From positions 600,001 to 632,000 of the forward strand of contig CP023991.1 of the NCBI GenBank assembly GCA_003516025.1: a stretch of DNA of 32,000 nucleotides, in the 5' to 3' direction. A program made the translations under genes and the position numbers. Every line of letters begins with the position of its first letter. Position 1 is the stretch's first letter. The stretch is from Candidatus Saccharimonadota bacterium. GTDB taxonomy: Bacteria > Patescibacteriota > Saccharimonadia > Saccharimonadales > UBA4665. Shown here one piece after another: positions 1 to 8,419 of this stretch. Under the pieces are notes generated by a model. That model did not search any database. It saw only the letters and a program-made list of their open reading frames with translations, and was not told the DNA's origin.

Positions 1-218
1 ACGTCGCTATAGCTTTCAAAACTTACAATGACGGCCATATTACTGCTAAAATCCGCTGCAACTATGGCAAAACTATTGCCGGCGAACTTGCGAAACAATT
101 TGGTGGTGGCGGTCACCCGTATGCCAGTGGATTCAAAGTGAACGACGGGCGTAGCTATCAAAGCGTGAAAGACGCTTGTATTACCGCGGGCACAGAGCTG
201 CTCAATGCTCTTGAATAA
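1..218 (+). CDS. DHH/DHHA1-family phosphoesterase (NrnA/RecJ-like), C-terminal fragment entering from the left edge
   Basis: Frame 3 is open from the window edge to TAA at 216-218 and reads ...ELAKQFGGGGHPYASGFKVNDGRSYQSVKDA... The GGGGH-x2-A-x-G string is the DHHA1 motif. It is absent from the ORF track because it has no start in the window. Confidence 0.55.
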   Translation, partial: VAIAFKTYNDGHITAKIRCNYGKTIAGELAKQFGGGGHPYASGFKVNDGRSYQSVKDACITAGTELLNALE

Positions 219-265
219 ATACGATATTTCGAGATAGTACGTCACGCATATCAACCTAAATAGGC

Positions 266-271
266 TACAAT
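266..271 (+). promoter_or_regulatory. -10 box TACAAT, 7 nt upstream of the cysS ATG (leaderless-type)
   Basis: TACAAT at 266-271 is followed by accagct and then ATG at 279. There is no purine-rich SD in the gap. Confidence 0.4.
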
Positions 272-278
272 ACCAGCT

Positions 279-1694
279 ATGGATCTCTACAACACTCTAA
301 CCCGCTCCGTTACCACTTTTACTCCTGTCGACGGTGAAACCGTCCGCATATATTCCTGCGGCCCAACCGTGTATGATCACGCCCATATCGGTAACCTCAG
401 CGCGTACATATTCGCCGATACGCTGCACCGGGCCGTCCAGCTTCCGGGATGGAAAGTGGAGCATGCCATGAACTATACCGACGTTGACGACAAGACTATC
501 CGGCGCAGCCAGGAACTCTACCCCGATGACGAACCGCGCCAGGCATTGCATAAGCTGACTGATCATTATATTGAGCTGTTCCTGCAAGATATGGCCAGTA
601 TTGGCAATGATACAGCTGACCTTACGTTCGTGCGGGCTACGGACACCATTGAAGACATGAAAGAACTTATTACCCGGCTATATGACGGAGGCTTTGCCTA
701 TATTGCTGACGATGGCGTATATTTTTCAATTGACGCCTACCGCAGAAGCGGCAAAACGTACGGCCAGTTACTAGAACTTACGAACTCGAACACATCGTCA
801 GAACGAATCCAAAACGATGAATACGATAAAGAATCAGTTCACGATTTTGCGCTTTGGAAAGTACAAAAGGGAACTGAACCAGCCTGGGACCTACAATTGG
901 GCGGTAAAGACCTGTCTGGCCGCCCGGGCTGGCACATTGAATGCTCGGCAATGAGCCGGCTAGTTCTTGGCCAGCCGTTCGATATCCATACCGGGGGAAT
1001 CGACCTGGTGTTTCCGCACCATGAAAACGAAATCGCGCAAAGTACGGCGCTAGAAGGCGATCCTCTCATGGCCCAGTTCTTCATGCATAATGACCATATA
1101 TTGATCGACGGCAAAAAAATGAGTAAATCAGCTCATAATTTTTTTACGCTGGAAGATATTGTCACTAAGGGATATGATCCACTAGCATTCCGGCTATTGG
1201 TACTTCAGGGACATTACCGCAGCCCGGTCAATTTCACCTGGGAAAATCTTGAAGCAGCCCAAAACCGTTTACGTAATTGGCAGGCGGCGGCGGCCCTGCG
1301 GTGGCAGGCGGTAGACGCCGATCTCGGTGATACTGAAGCCAGCTATGTCGGCCTTATTGACAGTGACGTGTACTCACCGATGTTCATCGATCTGAATACG
1401 CCGCAAGTGCTGGCTAACATCAGTCAACGCTTCACAAAGTTCAGCGAAAACTTGGTGTCGCAATCAGTCATTGATGGTTTCGTCGAATATCTCGAAGTCG
1501 TCGATAGCCTGCTTGGTCTTAATATAAGCTCACAGTCCGACATCAATAGTGAGCAAAAGCAGTTGATACAAGACCGGCAGCAAGCACGCCTGAATAAAGA
1601 CTGGCCGCGTTCAGACGAAATACGCGATACATTACTCGCCCAGGGTCTCGCCGTACGAGACACGCCTCATGGCTCCATATGGCACCGCGTGTAA
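279..1694 (+). CDS. cysS: Cysteine--tRNA ligase
   Basis: 471 aa with class I aaRS signatures HIGN (AHIGNLSAY) and KMSKS (GKKMSKSAHNFFT). It also has the CysRS-typical CGPTVYD N-terminus and the WHIECSAM zinc/cysteine-binding region. Confidence 0.95.
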   Translation: MDLYNTLTRSVTTFTPVDGETVRIYSCGPTVYDHAHIGNLSAYIFADTLHRAVQLPGWKVEHAMNYTDVDDKTIRRSQELYPDDEPRQALHKLTDHYIELFLQDMASIGNDTADLTFVRATDTIEDMKELITRLYDGGFAYIADDGVYFSIDAYRRSGKTYGQLLELTNSNTSSERIQNDEYDKESVHDFALWKVQKGTEPAWDLQLGGKDLSGRPGWHIECSAMSRLVLGQPFDIHTGGIDLVFPHHENEIAQSTALEGDPLMAQFFMHNDHILIDGKKMSKSAHNFFTLEDIVTKGYDPLAFRLLVLQGHYRSPVNFTWENLEAAQNRLRNWQAAAALRWQAVDADLGDTEASYVGLIDSDVYSPMFIDLNTPQVLANISQRFTKFSENLVSQSVIDGFVEYLEVVDSLLGLNISSQSDINSEQKQLIQDRQQARLNKDWPRSDEIRDTLLAQGLAVRDTPHGSIWHRV

Positions 1695-1710
1695 CGCCTA
1701 ACTGTGCGCT

Positions 1711-2823
1711 TTAGTGAACTTCTGCTTTAATAGCCGGACTGTCCGCTATGTAGTCGTGATTTTTTAAATAGTCCAAAATGGCGATACGGATACAGCCGGC
1801 GATTGGAATGGCGAACAGACCGCCGAAAATACCGCCGAAGCTAACGCCAATCAACACACTCGAGAATATGAGAAGGGGCGACATGTCAGTCGAGTTTGCC
1901 TGTATTCTCGGCTGAATAACGTAATTTTCGATCTGCTGGTACAACAGGTAAACAAGGAAAATGATCAGGGCGGCGACCGGCGACGCGGCCAAAGCGACAA
2001 GAGAGACGATGATAGCGCCGATGGTCGCGCCGACCATTGGAATAAGACCGCACACGAATACGATCGCCATGAGAGCGACGGGATAGCTGATATGCAGCAG
2101 GAAGAAGAACGGCGTTATAACAATGGCAGCCAGCGCAGCCAGCGTGACCTGTCCGTTAATGTATCCTTTAATGACCTTGTACATACCGGCTGCCAGCTCG
2201 TCGGCATGATCACGTTGATGCCGCGGAACGAGACTGCGGGCAAACGCCGCCAATCGCGGACCTTCCAGTAGCATCATAATCGTAAGGGCCAAGATAGTCA
2301 CGACTGCCACGACACTGCTGCCGACTTTACTCAACCCGGAAGCGACCGTGCCGCTTGAAGCTTTGAGGCGTTTCGTAACATCACTGGAAAAGTTGTCAAC
2401 TTCATCCTGCAGATCATAGCGGTCAACCAGGCCGCCAATTGGACTGTTGGCATCCCGCAGGTCATTAATAAGGCCGGGTGCGGCTTTGACGAAACTTTGC
2501 GTCTGATGGATCAGAGGCGGAATAATACTCGCCAGGAACCCGCCGAGAATAATGATAACGAGCAGGAAAGCCACGGCCGTCGCTGGCGAACGGCGGCCCC
2601 GCAGTTTACCGGGCAAATGGCGGGCAATCCAGTGGACGGGCGCGTTTAGAGCCAGTGACAGGAAAAAAGCCGTAGCGATAAATAAAAGCGGAGTGGCTGC
2701 CTCGCGAACGGCGGCTAAAAACAAAATGGCGGCGAAAACGAGCAAAACTGTTCGCAGTACCGTTTGATTACTAACCGTTATTTCGACTTGATTCGGCGTA
2801 TCTTTTTTAAGAAGTTTAAACAT
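1711..2823 (-). CDS. AI-2E family transporter (PerM/UPF0118-like permease)
   Basis: 370 aa polytopic membrane protein. The C-terminal half (GLIPMVGATIGAIIVSLVAL...LLYQQIENYVIQPRI...FGGLFAIPIAG) matches the conserved AI-2E core pattern. Confidence 0.8.
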   Translation of the reverse strand: MFKLLKKDTPNQVEITVSNQTVLRTVLLVFAAILFLAAVREAATPLLFIATAFFLSLALNAPVHWIARHLPGKLRGRRSPATAVAFLLVIIILGGFLASIIPPLIHQTQSFVKAAPGLINDLRDANSPIGGLVDRYDLQDEVDNFSSDVTKRLKASSGTVASGLSKVGSSVVAVVTILALTIMMLLEGPRLAAFARSLVPRHQRDHADELAAGMYKVIKGYINGQVTLAALAAIVITPFFFLLHISYPVALMAIVFVCGLIPMVGATIGAIIVSLVALAASPVAALIIFLVYLLYQQIENYVIQPRIQANSTDMSPLLIFSSVLIGVSFGGIFGGLFAIPIAGCIRIAILDYLKNHDYIADSPAIKAEVH

Positions 2824-2829
2824 ACTGAC

Positions 2830-2838
2830 ATTATCTCA
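2830..2838 (-). promoter_or_regulatory. Extended -10 TGaGATAAT, 6 nt upstream of the AI-2E transporter ATG (leaderless-type)
   Basis: The minus strand reads TGAGATAAT-gtcagt-ATG(2823). The box overlaps the stop codon of the upstream GT4 gene (2831-2833). Confidence 0.4.
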
Positions 2839-3973
2839 CAGAGTTCGTGGAGCGCAATGCCTGCAAATAACGAGCGACTAAACGTGGGCCGACGACGGCG
2901 ACATCAAACTGCCTAATGTATGACTTCTGCCATTCTAAAGCCTTAGCGCGCTGTGGTTCATCGGTTAATAGCGACTTAAGTTTAGCTGCCAGCGCCTCAG
3001 AGTCGGCTACAGGGACTAGCGATCCTGGATACGGCTCCATGACAGTGTGATAACCTTCGTTGTCGGCAGCAACGACTACCGGATGCTCCGCTGCCATGGC
3101 CTCGATCAGTACAATACCAAAACTTTCTCCGCCGGTACTAGGGAAAACAGCGATATCGGCCGTCTTAAGGTAGCGGGCTTTATCCTGTTCGGACACGAAG
3201 CCCGTAAACTCCACCACATCCTGCAGGTTGTGCTCCTGCACGTATTGTTGGAGCTGGGATGACAGCGGCCCTTTGCCGCAGATATACACTTTGCATGACA
3301 GCGGTTCATTGGCATGCAGCCTGCTGAGCGCCTGGAGAAGTACTTGACAACCCTTGCGGGGAACCAGCCGGCCAAGATAGACAACCGTTAGCCGCGGCCC
3401 CTGCGCGACAGGAAACGGTACAGCTTCACGGAACGTGTTAGAGACAACCACATTGGGTAATACTGTCGTATCAATATGGTGCGTGTTCTTGGCGAAAGCA
3501 GCGGCCGCGGTACTGGTGCTGAACATGACATTGAAGCGTTTCAGTGTGCCGGCATTTAGTTTACCGAGAAACTTGTTTGCCCGGGTTACGGTATTTGAAT
3601 TCGGCGCGATATGAAACGTGCCGATGATGGCGGTGTGGGCGGGTGCCATAGCTATGATGCGCCCAGCCAAGTAAGGACTGTACGGTACCTGGACATGCAA
3701 CACGTCAAATTGCTCGTACTCTAACAGCTGTTTGATCTGCCGCTTGGAGACGGGCAGGGGAGTAGACATGGTATTACCGTTGAACGTGACCCGAATGTTG
3801 CGGCCCAGGCTATGTACGTTCGGAATATCAGTGCGCGTAGTATGGCCGACGATGTAATGCACCTCATGGCCCTGACGTGTCAGCCAGTTTCCCATCGTCA
3901 ATATATACTGCTGGACACCGTCCGGCGTATCGAGCGTATCATCCAGTACGAATGCTACTTTGAGTTTGCCCAT
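2831..3973 (-). CDS. Glycosyltransferase family 4 (GT-B fold, PimA-like)
   Basis: 380 aa. It has an N-terminal KVAFVLDD...DGVQQY sugar-acceptor domain and the C-terminal EX7E region FPSTGGESFGIVLIEAMAAEHPVV. It overlaps the upstream GT4 gene by 19 nt. Confidence 0.85.
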   Translation of the reverse strand: MGKLKVAFVLDDTLDTPDGVQQYILTMGNWLTRQGHEVHYIVGHTTRTDIPNVHSLGRNIRVTFNGNTMSTPLPVSKRQIKQLLEYEQFDVLHVQVPYSPYLAGRIIAMAPAHTAIIGTFHIAPNSNTVTRANKFLGKLNAGTLKRFNVMFSTSTAAAAFAKNTHHIDTTVLPNVVVSNTFREAVPFPVAQGPRLTVVYLGRLVPRKGCQVLLQALSRLHANEPLSCKVYICGKGPLSSQLQQYVQEHNLQDVVEFTGFVSEQDKARYLKTADIAVFPSTGGESFGIVLIEAMAAEHPVVVAADNEGYHTVMEPYPGSLVPVADSEALAAKLKSLLTDEPQRAKALEWQKSYIRQFDVAVVGPRLVARYLQALRSTNSVR

Positions 3974-5112
3974 GCCGGTTTGGTCCCTTTAGCATGGCGG
4001 GTATAGGCGCTTTCATAGACCTCAAGGTATTGGTCTACGACACGCGGGTAGTTGAACTGCTTTACATAATCTTTGGCCCACTTTTTCCAAAGTTTACGCA
4101 GTTCCATATCATGAAGCATCACATCCAGGCGGCGGGCGAATTCTTCACTGTCTTTCGGGTTTACCAATGATAATGAACCAAGATCTTGCAGCACGGCAGC
4201 GTATCCCGGATTGTTGCCGGCTACCGTAACAATACCCGTGGCCAGTGCTTCCAACAGTACAATACCAAAACTTTCTCCGAACAGCGCGGGTGAACAGAAT
4301 AAGTCGGCTTCCTGCAGTAGCTGGACCTTTTCTTCTTCGGAAACGTATCCCTTGAACGTCACATTAGGCAACTCCAACATAGCCACCATATCTTCCAGCT
4401 TTTCGCGGTCCGGGCCGTCACCGGCAATCGTCAGCGAGACATTAACATCGCGTTCAACCAGCAAACCGTATGCCTGCAACAGATAACTGACCCCCTTGCG
4501 TCCTTCCAGGCGTCCAATATAAAGGATGTTTTTCATCTCATGTTCAACCGTTTGGTTAATCCACTTAAACTGGGACAAGTTGATACCATTCGGAATAATT
4601 GAAACCGGGGCGTCTGTTAAAGTACGGACATACTCTGAGGCGGCTTCTGAAACTGCCGTAAGCTCATCGAGCTGCTTGAGTACCGCCTTGGTATACGGCG
4701 TCACCACCTTGACCATCGTCCGAGTCATCAGAGTTTCCGGTAATTTGGCATGAAAGGTGGCGACGTTAACTGAATTGGAACGGCTGAGGATCTGACGGCT
4801 TAAGACCGGTACCCATGGTTCATGGAAGTGTAAAATATCAAACTTTTCTTCTTCGAGCATCTGCGTGATCCCGTAGGTATCTGCCGCCAGCGAAAACTGC
4901 GAAGTCGTATGTAGCGGTGATTTGAAATCCGCGGCGCCACCGACAAAAATGATATGATCCTGGCGGTGCACATCCGGCATATCGCGCGGCTCAGGCGTAA
5001 GGATCTTAGCCTCATGGCCTCGGGCGGCCAGTTCGAGCTGCGTCGCGCGGACTATCTCCTGAACGCCACCGCCTTTTGCGATGTTGTAGGGACAAACTAA
5101 TCCGATTTTCAT
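3955..5112 (-). CDS. Glycosyltransferase family 4 (GT-B fold)
   Basis: MKIGLVCPYN...GGVQE N-terminus and the EX7E region CSPALFGESFGIVLLEALATG. The start is moved to ATG 5112 (MKIGLV) because the track start at 5121 is a TTG and a TGgTATAAT box sits 8 nt upstream of 5112. Confidence 0.85.
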   Translation of the reverse strand: MKIGLVCPYNIAKGGGVQEIVRATQLELAARGHEAKILTPEPRDMPDVHRQDHIIFVGGAADFKSPLHTTSQFSLAADTYGITQMLEEEKFDILHFHEPWVPVLSRQILSRSNSVNVATFHAKLPETLMTRTMVKVVTPYTKAVLKQLDELTAVSEAASEYVRTLTDAPVSIIPNGINLSQFKWINQTVEHEMKNILYIGRLEGRKGVSYLLQAYGLLVERDVNVSLTIAGDGPDREKLEDMVAMLELPNVTFKGYVSEEEKVQLLQEADLFCSPALFGESFGIVLLEALATGIVTVAGNNPGYAAVLQDLGSLSLVNPKDSEEFARRLDVMLHDMELRKLWKKWAKDYVKQFNYPRVVDQYLEVYESAYTRHAKGTKPAWANSK

Positions 5113-5120
5113 TAGGATCA

Positions 5121-5129
5121 ATTATACCA
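5121..5129 (-). promoter_or_regulatory. Extended -10 TGgTATAAT, 8 nt upstream of the GT4 ATG at 5112
   Basis: The minus strand reads TGGTATAAT-tgatccta-ATGAAAATC. It lies in the 16-nt gap after the hydrolase stop. Confidence 0.45.
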
Positions 5130-5137
5130 TAGCCAGC

Positions 5138-6073
5138 TTACTGCTGGCCGGATAGAACCTTCCGGAGCTTCTGCGGTACGAGAGGTGCGGCCATTTTAGC
5201 GTCCGCGATGACACTGGGGGCATGGGACATCAGCTTAGTCTCGACTTCATGAAAATCAGCAAAAATAACCCGCATGTGTTGCTCGACGACCGCATGATCA
5301 AAAAAGTGATCGTTAACGGTTGTGACGTGCCATACCGGCAGGTCAACTTGAACCTTGCAGTTATCCAGGCTTAAGAATTCGTGACTGGTAAACATATAGG
5401 TCCGGACATCATTGCTTTGCCACAGCCCGACTTCTACATCCATAAGCCGGTTAAAATCTTCTTTGGTGACGGCAGCAGCGAACTTTTTCTTGGCGTTATG
5501 CGTCCGGGCATAGACCAGGCGCAAGGTTGGCGCGTTGAGTGCTACGTGCCGGAAAACAAATGCCGGCAACCGGTACGAACCGATTTTACTCGCAACAGAG
5601 TACATACGGTGCCTGAGCGGTGAAAAGGTAAAGTCATCGTGATGCGCGAAGCCGACCAGGCTCACCAGTAAGTCTACTTTGTTTGTCAGTTCAGGATAGC
5701 GCTGCAGCATACGAGTAATAACGATAAAGCCAAAACTCATACCGACCAGGGTGATCTTTTTTGTCCGTTTATAGCGCCATTTGATGAACGTAGCCATGTA
5801 ATCAGCCATATTGTCGACCGTCGGCGTACGGCCGACTTTATAAAAACTTTCCATACCGCCAAACCCTGGCAGGTCGGGCATAGTCACCGTGCCATACTGG
5901 CTCAGCACTTCCATAAGCCCCCACCACCGCTCAAGGGAAGAGTGATGCCCGTAGACGAATACCAGCTCCCGCTTTCCTTTACCACGGGCCGGTACGTGCA
6001 ACATTCTGCCCTGCAGTCCACTGACATTCAGGGGAACAATATAGTCAGCCGGATTATGTGTATGTTTTGCCAT
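5138..6073 (-). CDS. Alpha/beta-fold hydrolase
   Basis: 311 aa. It has the nucleophile elbow GxSxG (LVGMSFGF), an oxyanion-region VFVYGHHSS, and a C-terminal His (SHAPSV) consistent with a Ser-Asp-His fold. Confidence 0.75.
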   Translation of the reverse strand: MAKHTHNPADYIVPLNVSGLQGRMLHVPARGKGKRELVFVYGHHSSLERWWGLMEVLSQYGTVTMPDLPGFGGMESFYKVGRTPTVDNMADYMATFIKWRYKRTKKITLVGMSFGFIVITRMLQRYPELTNKVDLLVSLVGFAHHDDFTFSPLRHRMYSVASKIGSYRLPAFVFRHVALNAPTLRLVYARTHNAKKKFAAAVTKEDFNRLMDVEVGLWQSNDVRTYMFTSHEFLSLDNCKVQVDLPVWHVTTVNDHFFDHAVVEQHMRVIFADFHEVETKLMSHAPSVIADAKMAAPLVPQKLRKVLSGQQ

Positions 6074-6125
6074 AGTATTCTTAAAACTGTATCGTATACG
6101 GCCAGCGGAGACAAGACTGATGGGT

Positions 6126-6131
6126 TATACT
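6126..6131 (+). promoter_or_regulatory. -10 box TATACT, 9 nt upstream of the M15B peptidase ATG
   Basis: TATACT-gagtaaagt-ATG(6141). Confidence 0.35.
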
Positions 6132-6140
6132 GAGTAAAGT

Positions 6141-6911
6141 ATGAAACGACGTTCCCTGGTCATTATCGTGGTAATTCTTTTGGCCCTGACTGCTGGCGCG
6201 GTGGCATATTACAAAGAGGATACGCCCGAAACTACAAACAAGCCGGCAAACCAGACAACCAGTAAGCCGAGCACCCCTCAACAACCCGCCTTTGATAAAA
6301 AACAATTTTCACTTGAGAACCCCGACAGTCTCTGGATTATAGCCAATAAGCAGCGGCCGCTTAATCCCAAAAACTACGCTCCAACGCTTGTTATTCCGGC
6401 TATGCGGTTGCGGTCCAATATAACTACCGACGAGCGGCAAGTGCGGCAAGTCACAGCCGATGCTTTAGAGAAACTTTCTACCGCGGCTGAAGCCGACGGG
6501 ATCACCCTCACGCTCGAAAGTGGCTACCGGTCATATAATTTTCAGGTTAACCTGTACGACCACTACGTCTCAGTGCAGGGGAAGGCCGTGGCCGATACCC
6601 AAAGCGCCCGCCCAGGTTATAGCGAGCACCAGACCGGGCTGGCCGCTGACCTCGGCGGCGTCACAAAGCCCGCCTGCAATGTCGAAGACTGTTTTAAAGA
6701 CACGCCCGAAGGAGAATGGATCGTGGCCAATGCCTATAAATACGGGTTTATCATCCGTTACCCGGAAGGTAAACAGGCCGTTACCGGATATATCTACGAG
6801 CCGTGGCATCTGCGCTATGTTGGTACGGATCTAGCCCAGGAGATGCGAAGGGTTAACGTTTCGACTCTGGAGGAATTTTTTGGCCTCGGCCCAGCAGGGG
6901 ATTATAACTAG
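6141..6911 (+). CDS. D-alanyl-D-alanine carboxypeptidase, VanY/peptidase M15B family, N-terminally membrane-anchored
   Basis: It has an N-terminal TM helix (LVIIVVILLALTAGAVAYY). M15 zinc-ligand motifs are present: SGYRSY, SEHQTGLAADL (H-x6-D) and EPWHLRYVG. Confidence 0.85.
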   Translation: MKRRSLVIIVVILLALTAGAVAYYKEDTPETTNKPANQTTSKPSTPQQPAFDKKQFSLENPDSLWIIANKQRPLNPKNYAPTLVIPAMRLRSNITTDERQVRQVTADALEKLSTAAEADGITLTLESGYRSYNFQVNLYDHYVSVQGKAVADTQSARPGYSEHQTGLAADLGGVTKPACNVEDCFKDTPEGEWIVANAYKYGFIIRYPEGKQAVTGYIYEPWHLRYVGTDLAQEMRRVNVSTLEEFFGLGPAGDYN

Positions 6912-6931
6912 AAAAATAACGCATCTTTCGG

Positions 6932-6937
6932 TATAAT
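6932..6937 (+). promoter_or_regulatory. -10 box TATAAT upstream of tRNA-Gln
   Basis: Consensus TATAAT lies 35 nt upstream of the mature tRNA 5' end. A TAGAAA -35-like hexamer sits 17 nt further upstream. Confidence 0.4.
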
Positions 6938-6972
6938 CGCTATTCGTTAGCCCGTGCTAGCCATAGCAGTGT

Positions 6973-7047
6973 TGGGATGTCGCCAAGTGGTAAGGCACCA
7001 GGTTTTGGTCCTGGCATCCGGGGGTTCGAATCCCTCCATCCCAGCCA
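6973..7047 (+). tRNA. tRNA-Gln (anticodon UUG), CCA encoded
   Basis: Cloverleaf folded by hand. Acceptor TGGGATG/CATCCCA (U1:A72, typical of bacterial tRNA-Gln). Anticodon stem CCAGG/CCTGG with loop TT-TTG-GT. T-arm GGGGG-TTCGAAT-CCCTC, discriminator G and genomic CCA. Confidence 0.9.
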
Positions 7048-7054
7048 AATAAAC

Positions 7055-7081
7055 AGCATCGGCATCTGTCGGTGCTTTTTA
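7055..7081 (+). terminator. Intrinsic terminator after tRNA-Gln
   Basis: Stem AGCATCG/CGGTGCT (7 bp, one G-U), 8-nt loop, then TTTTT. Confidence 0.6.
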
Positions 7082-7099
7082 CTTAGTTACTAGCTACTA

Positions 7100-7597
7100 A
7101 TGAAAGTCGCGGCCATGAATCGCATTCCATCAAAAAACGTGTACCACGCCGTAGCTCTACGCGCAGCAGCGCCCGCAATGGCTCTATTAGCATTGCAGGG
7201 TTGCAACGGCCAACCTGTTGAAAGCCAAAGTGCAGGCTCCGCGCCGACGGAGCAGGGCTGTGAACCGTTTGTTATATACGCTCAAAACCGTTTTCAGCCT
7301 GCCGGGGCAGCGGGGCGGGTTGAACCCAGCATCGATGCCGCGCAAACGGCGTCGTTTGCAGCTAATCAGGAACTGACTGCCATTGGATACATAAAAGCTG
7401 AGACGCCAGCTTATCCCCATAATGATCCCGGCATTCAGGGCTACCTGTGGTACTTGGTGCAAAGTAACGCGGGTTTGGTTTATGTCAATGACGCTGCGGT
7501 TCGGGCAGCCACCACTGAACAGGATCCTACGGGTGGGTACAGTGATGATCTCGGCCCTTTGGTAACCTCAGACGAAAATTGTGACCTCAACAAGTAA
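7100..7597 (+). CDS. Putative lipoprotein, function unknown
   Basis: 165 aa with signal peptide and lipobox-like ALLALQGC. The mature part is framed by Cys residues (..EQGCEP ... ENCDL). No recognisable catalytic motif. Confidence 0.55.
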   Translation: MKVAAMNRIPSKNVYHAVALRAAAPAMALLALQGCNGQPVESQSAGSAPTEQGCEPFVIYAQNRFQPAGAAGRVEPSIDAAQTASFAANQELTAIGYIKAETPAYPHNDPGIQGYLWYLVQSNAGLVYVNDAAVRAATTEQDPTGGYSDDLGPLVTSDENCDLNK

Positions 7598-7707
7598 TTT
7601 TTACTACTTGGCTTCGTCCAAGCATAAGAATTTATAGTTCAGCGGTTTAAGTATCATATTTTACTTACCAACTGCGAGTATGCAGGTACTATACCTATAT
7701 AAGAACC

Positions 7708-7980
7708 ATGGACCACTATATGAGCCCCACAATGACTTTTTGGCATACTATTACTATTAACCGTCCGATCGATGTCGTTGGCGCTAATGACGTGTTACCA
7801 CCTCCATTAACCGATATCGACGATCTGATGGCTATTGAATTACGCCCCTCCGCGAATGAGAAGGGCACTGAGATTGCCGTACTGATACAGCAGCCCCAAC
7901 AAGAGGCGAACTTAGTTGAAAGTACCAGATCAGTCCAAGAGGCGTTGCAGGAAGCAAAATTATTGTTAGAATGCGCCTAA
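7708..7980 (+). CDS. Hypothetical 90-aa protein
   Basis: ORF preceded by TATATA-N6-ATG. The ends loosely resemble SRPBCC-type proteins (TITINRPIDVV..., ...ELRPSANEKGTEIAV...), but it is far too short for the full fold. Confidence 0.45.
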   Translation: MDHYMSPTMTFWHTITINRPIDVVGANDVLPPPLTDIDDLMAIELRPSANEKGTEIAVLIQQPQQEANLVESTRSVQEALQEAKLLLECA

Positions 7981-8005
7981 TACTAAACGCAACAGGAACC
8001 CGACT

Positions 8006-8359
8006 ATGAATGACGTAGAAGCAGCAGCCCTTTTAATTCGTGTAAGCGTAGGTAGTGTCCAGGTTTTATTTGGATTAAGCCAGCAGCGTTCGCCCCAGGA
8101 TTGGCTGGGTTATGTTCCCAAACCATTGCAGCTTCTCCTCCCGGTTAAACCAGTTAACTTCATGCGTATTCATTCACTTGGGAACATAGGCATCGGGCTA
8201 TGGCTGCTAAGTGGCCTGGTGTTGCCAGTTGCGATATGGGTTTCATTACTGTGGTGGATTTGGATTTTACCTTTTGCGTTTTATAAAGCTATGAGCATTG
8301 GTCTGCGTGACTTTGCCATAATTATGTCTCTTATAGCTCTACTACTGTTGTCAGCTTAA
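8006..8359 (+). CDS. Small integral membrane protein (3-4 TM helices), unknown function
   Basis: 117 aa, hydrophobic, with AGGA SD-like sequence 9 nt upstream. It is followed by a strong terminator. A DoxX-like N-terminus (LLIRVSVGSVQVLFG) is only suggestive. Confidence 0.5.
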   Translation: MNDVEAAALLIRVSVGSVQVLFGLSQQRSPQDWLGYVPKPLQLLLPVKPVNFMRIHSLGNIGIGLWLLSGLVLPVAIWVSLLWWIWILPFAFYKAMSIGLRDFAIIMSLIALLLLSA

Positions 8360-8370
8360 AGATCGTAATA

Positions 8371-8403
8371 AAAAAGCCCCGCTATTTTTGAGCGGGGCTT
8401 TTA
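8371..8403. terminator. Bidirectional intrinsic terminator between convergent genes
   Basis: Perfect 9-bp GC-rich stem AGCCCCGCT/AGCGGGGCT with a 7-nt loop, flanked by an A-run on the left and a T-run on the right. Confidence 0.75.
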
Positions 8404-8419
8404 CTGTTGTTGGCCTGCT

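Noticed and set aside
6520-6834. 104-aa plus-strand ORF in an alternative frame inside the M15B peptidase gene
   Set aside because: It is fully nested in a gene with clear M15 zinc-ligand motifs. It is Pro/Arg/Thr-rich with no independent signals.
7100-7597. Paralogy between the two Cys-framed lipoproteins (7100-7597 and 26346-26819)
   Set aside because: They share a lipobox, an S/A-rich linker, a C(E/D)P...D..C frame and similar size. However, residue-level similarity by eye is too weak to claim, and a computed alignment or structure comparison is needed.
7708-8359. SRPBCC-like and DoxX-like gene pair
   Set aside because: Only short terminal similarities are present. The 90-aa protein is far too short for an SRPBCC fold, and the membrane protein resemblance rests on one helix. 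They are left as hypothetical.
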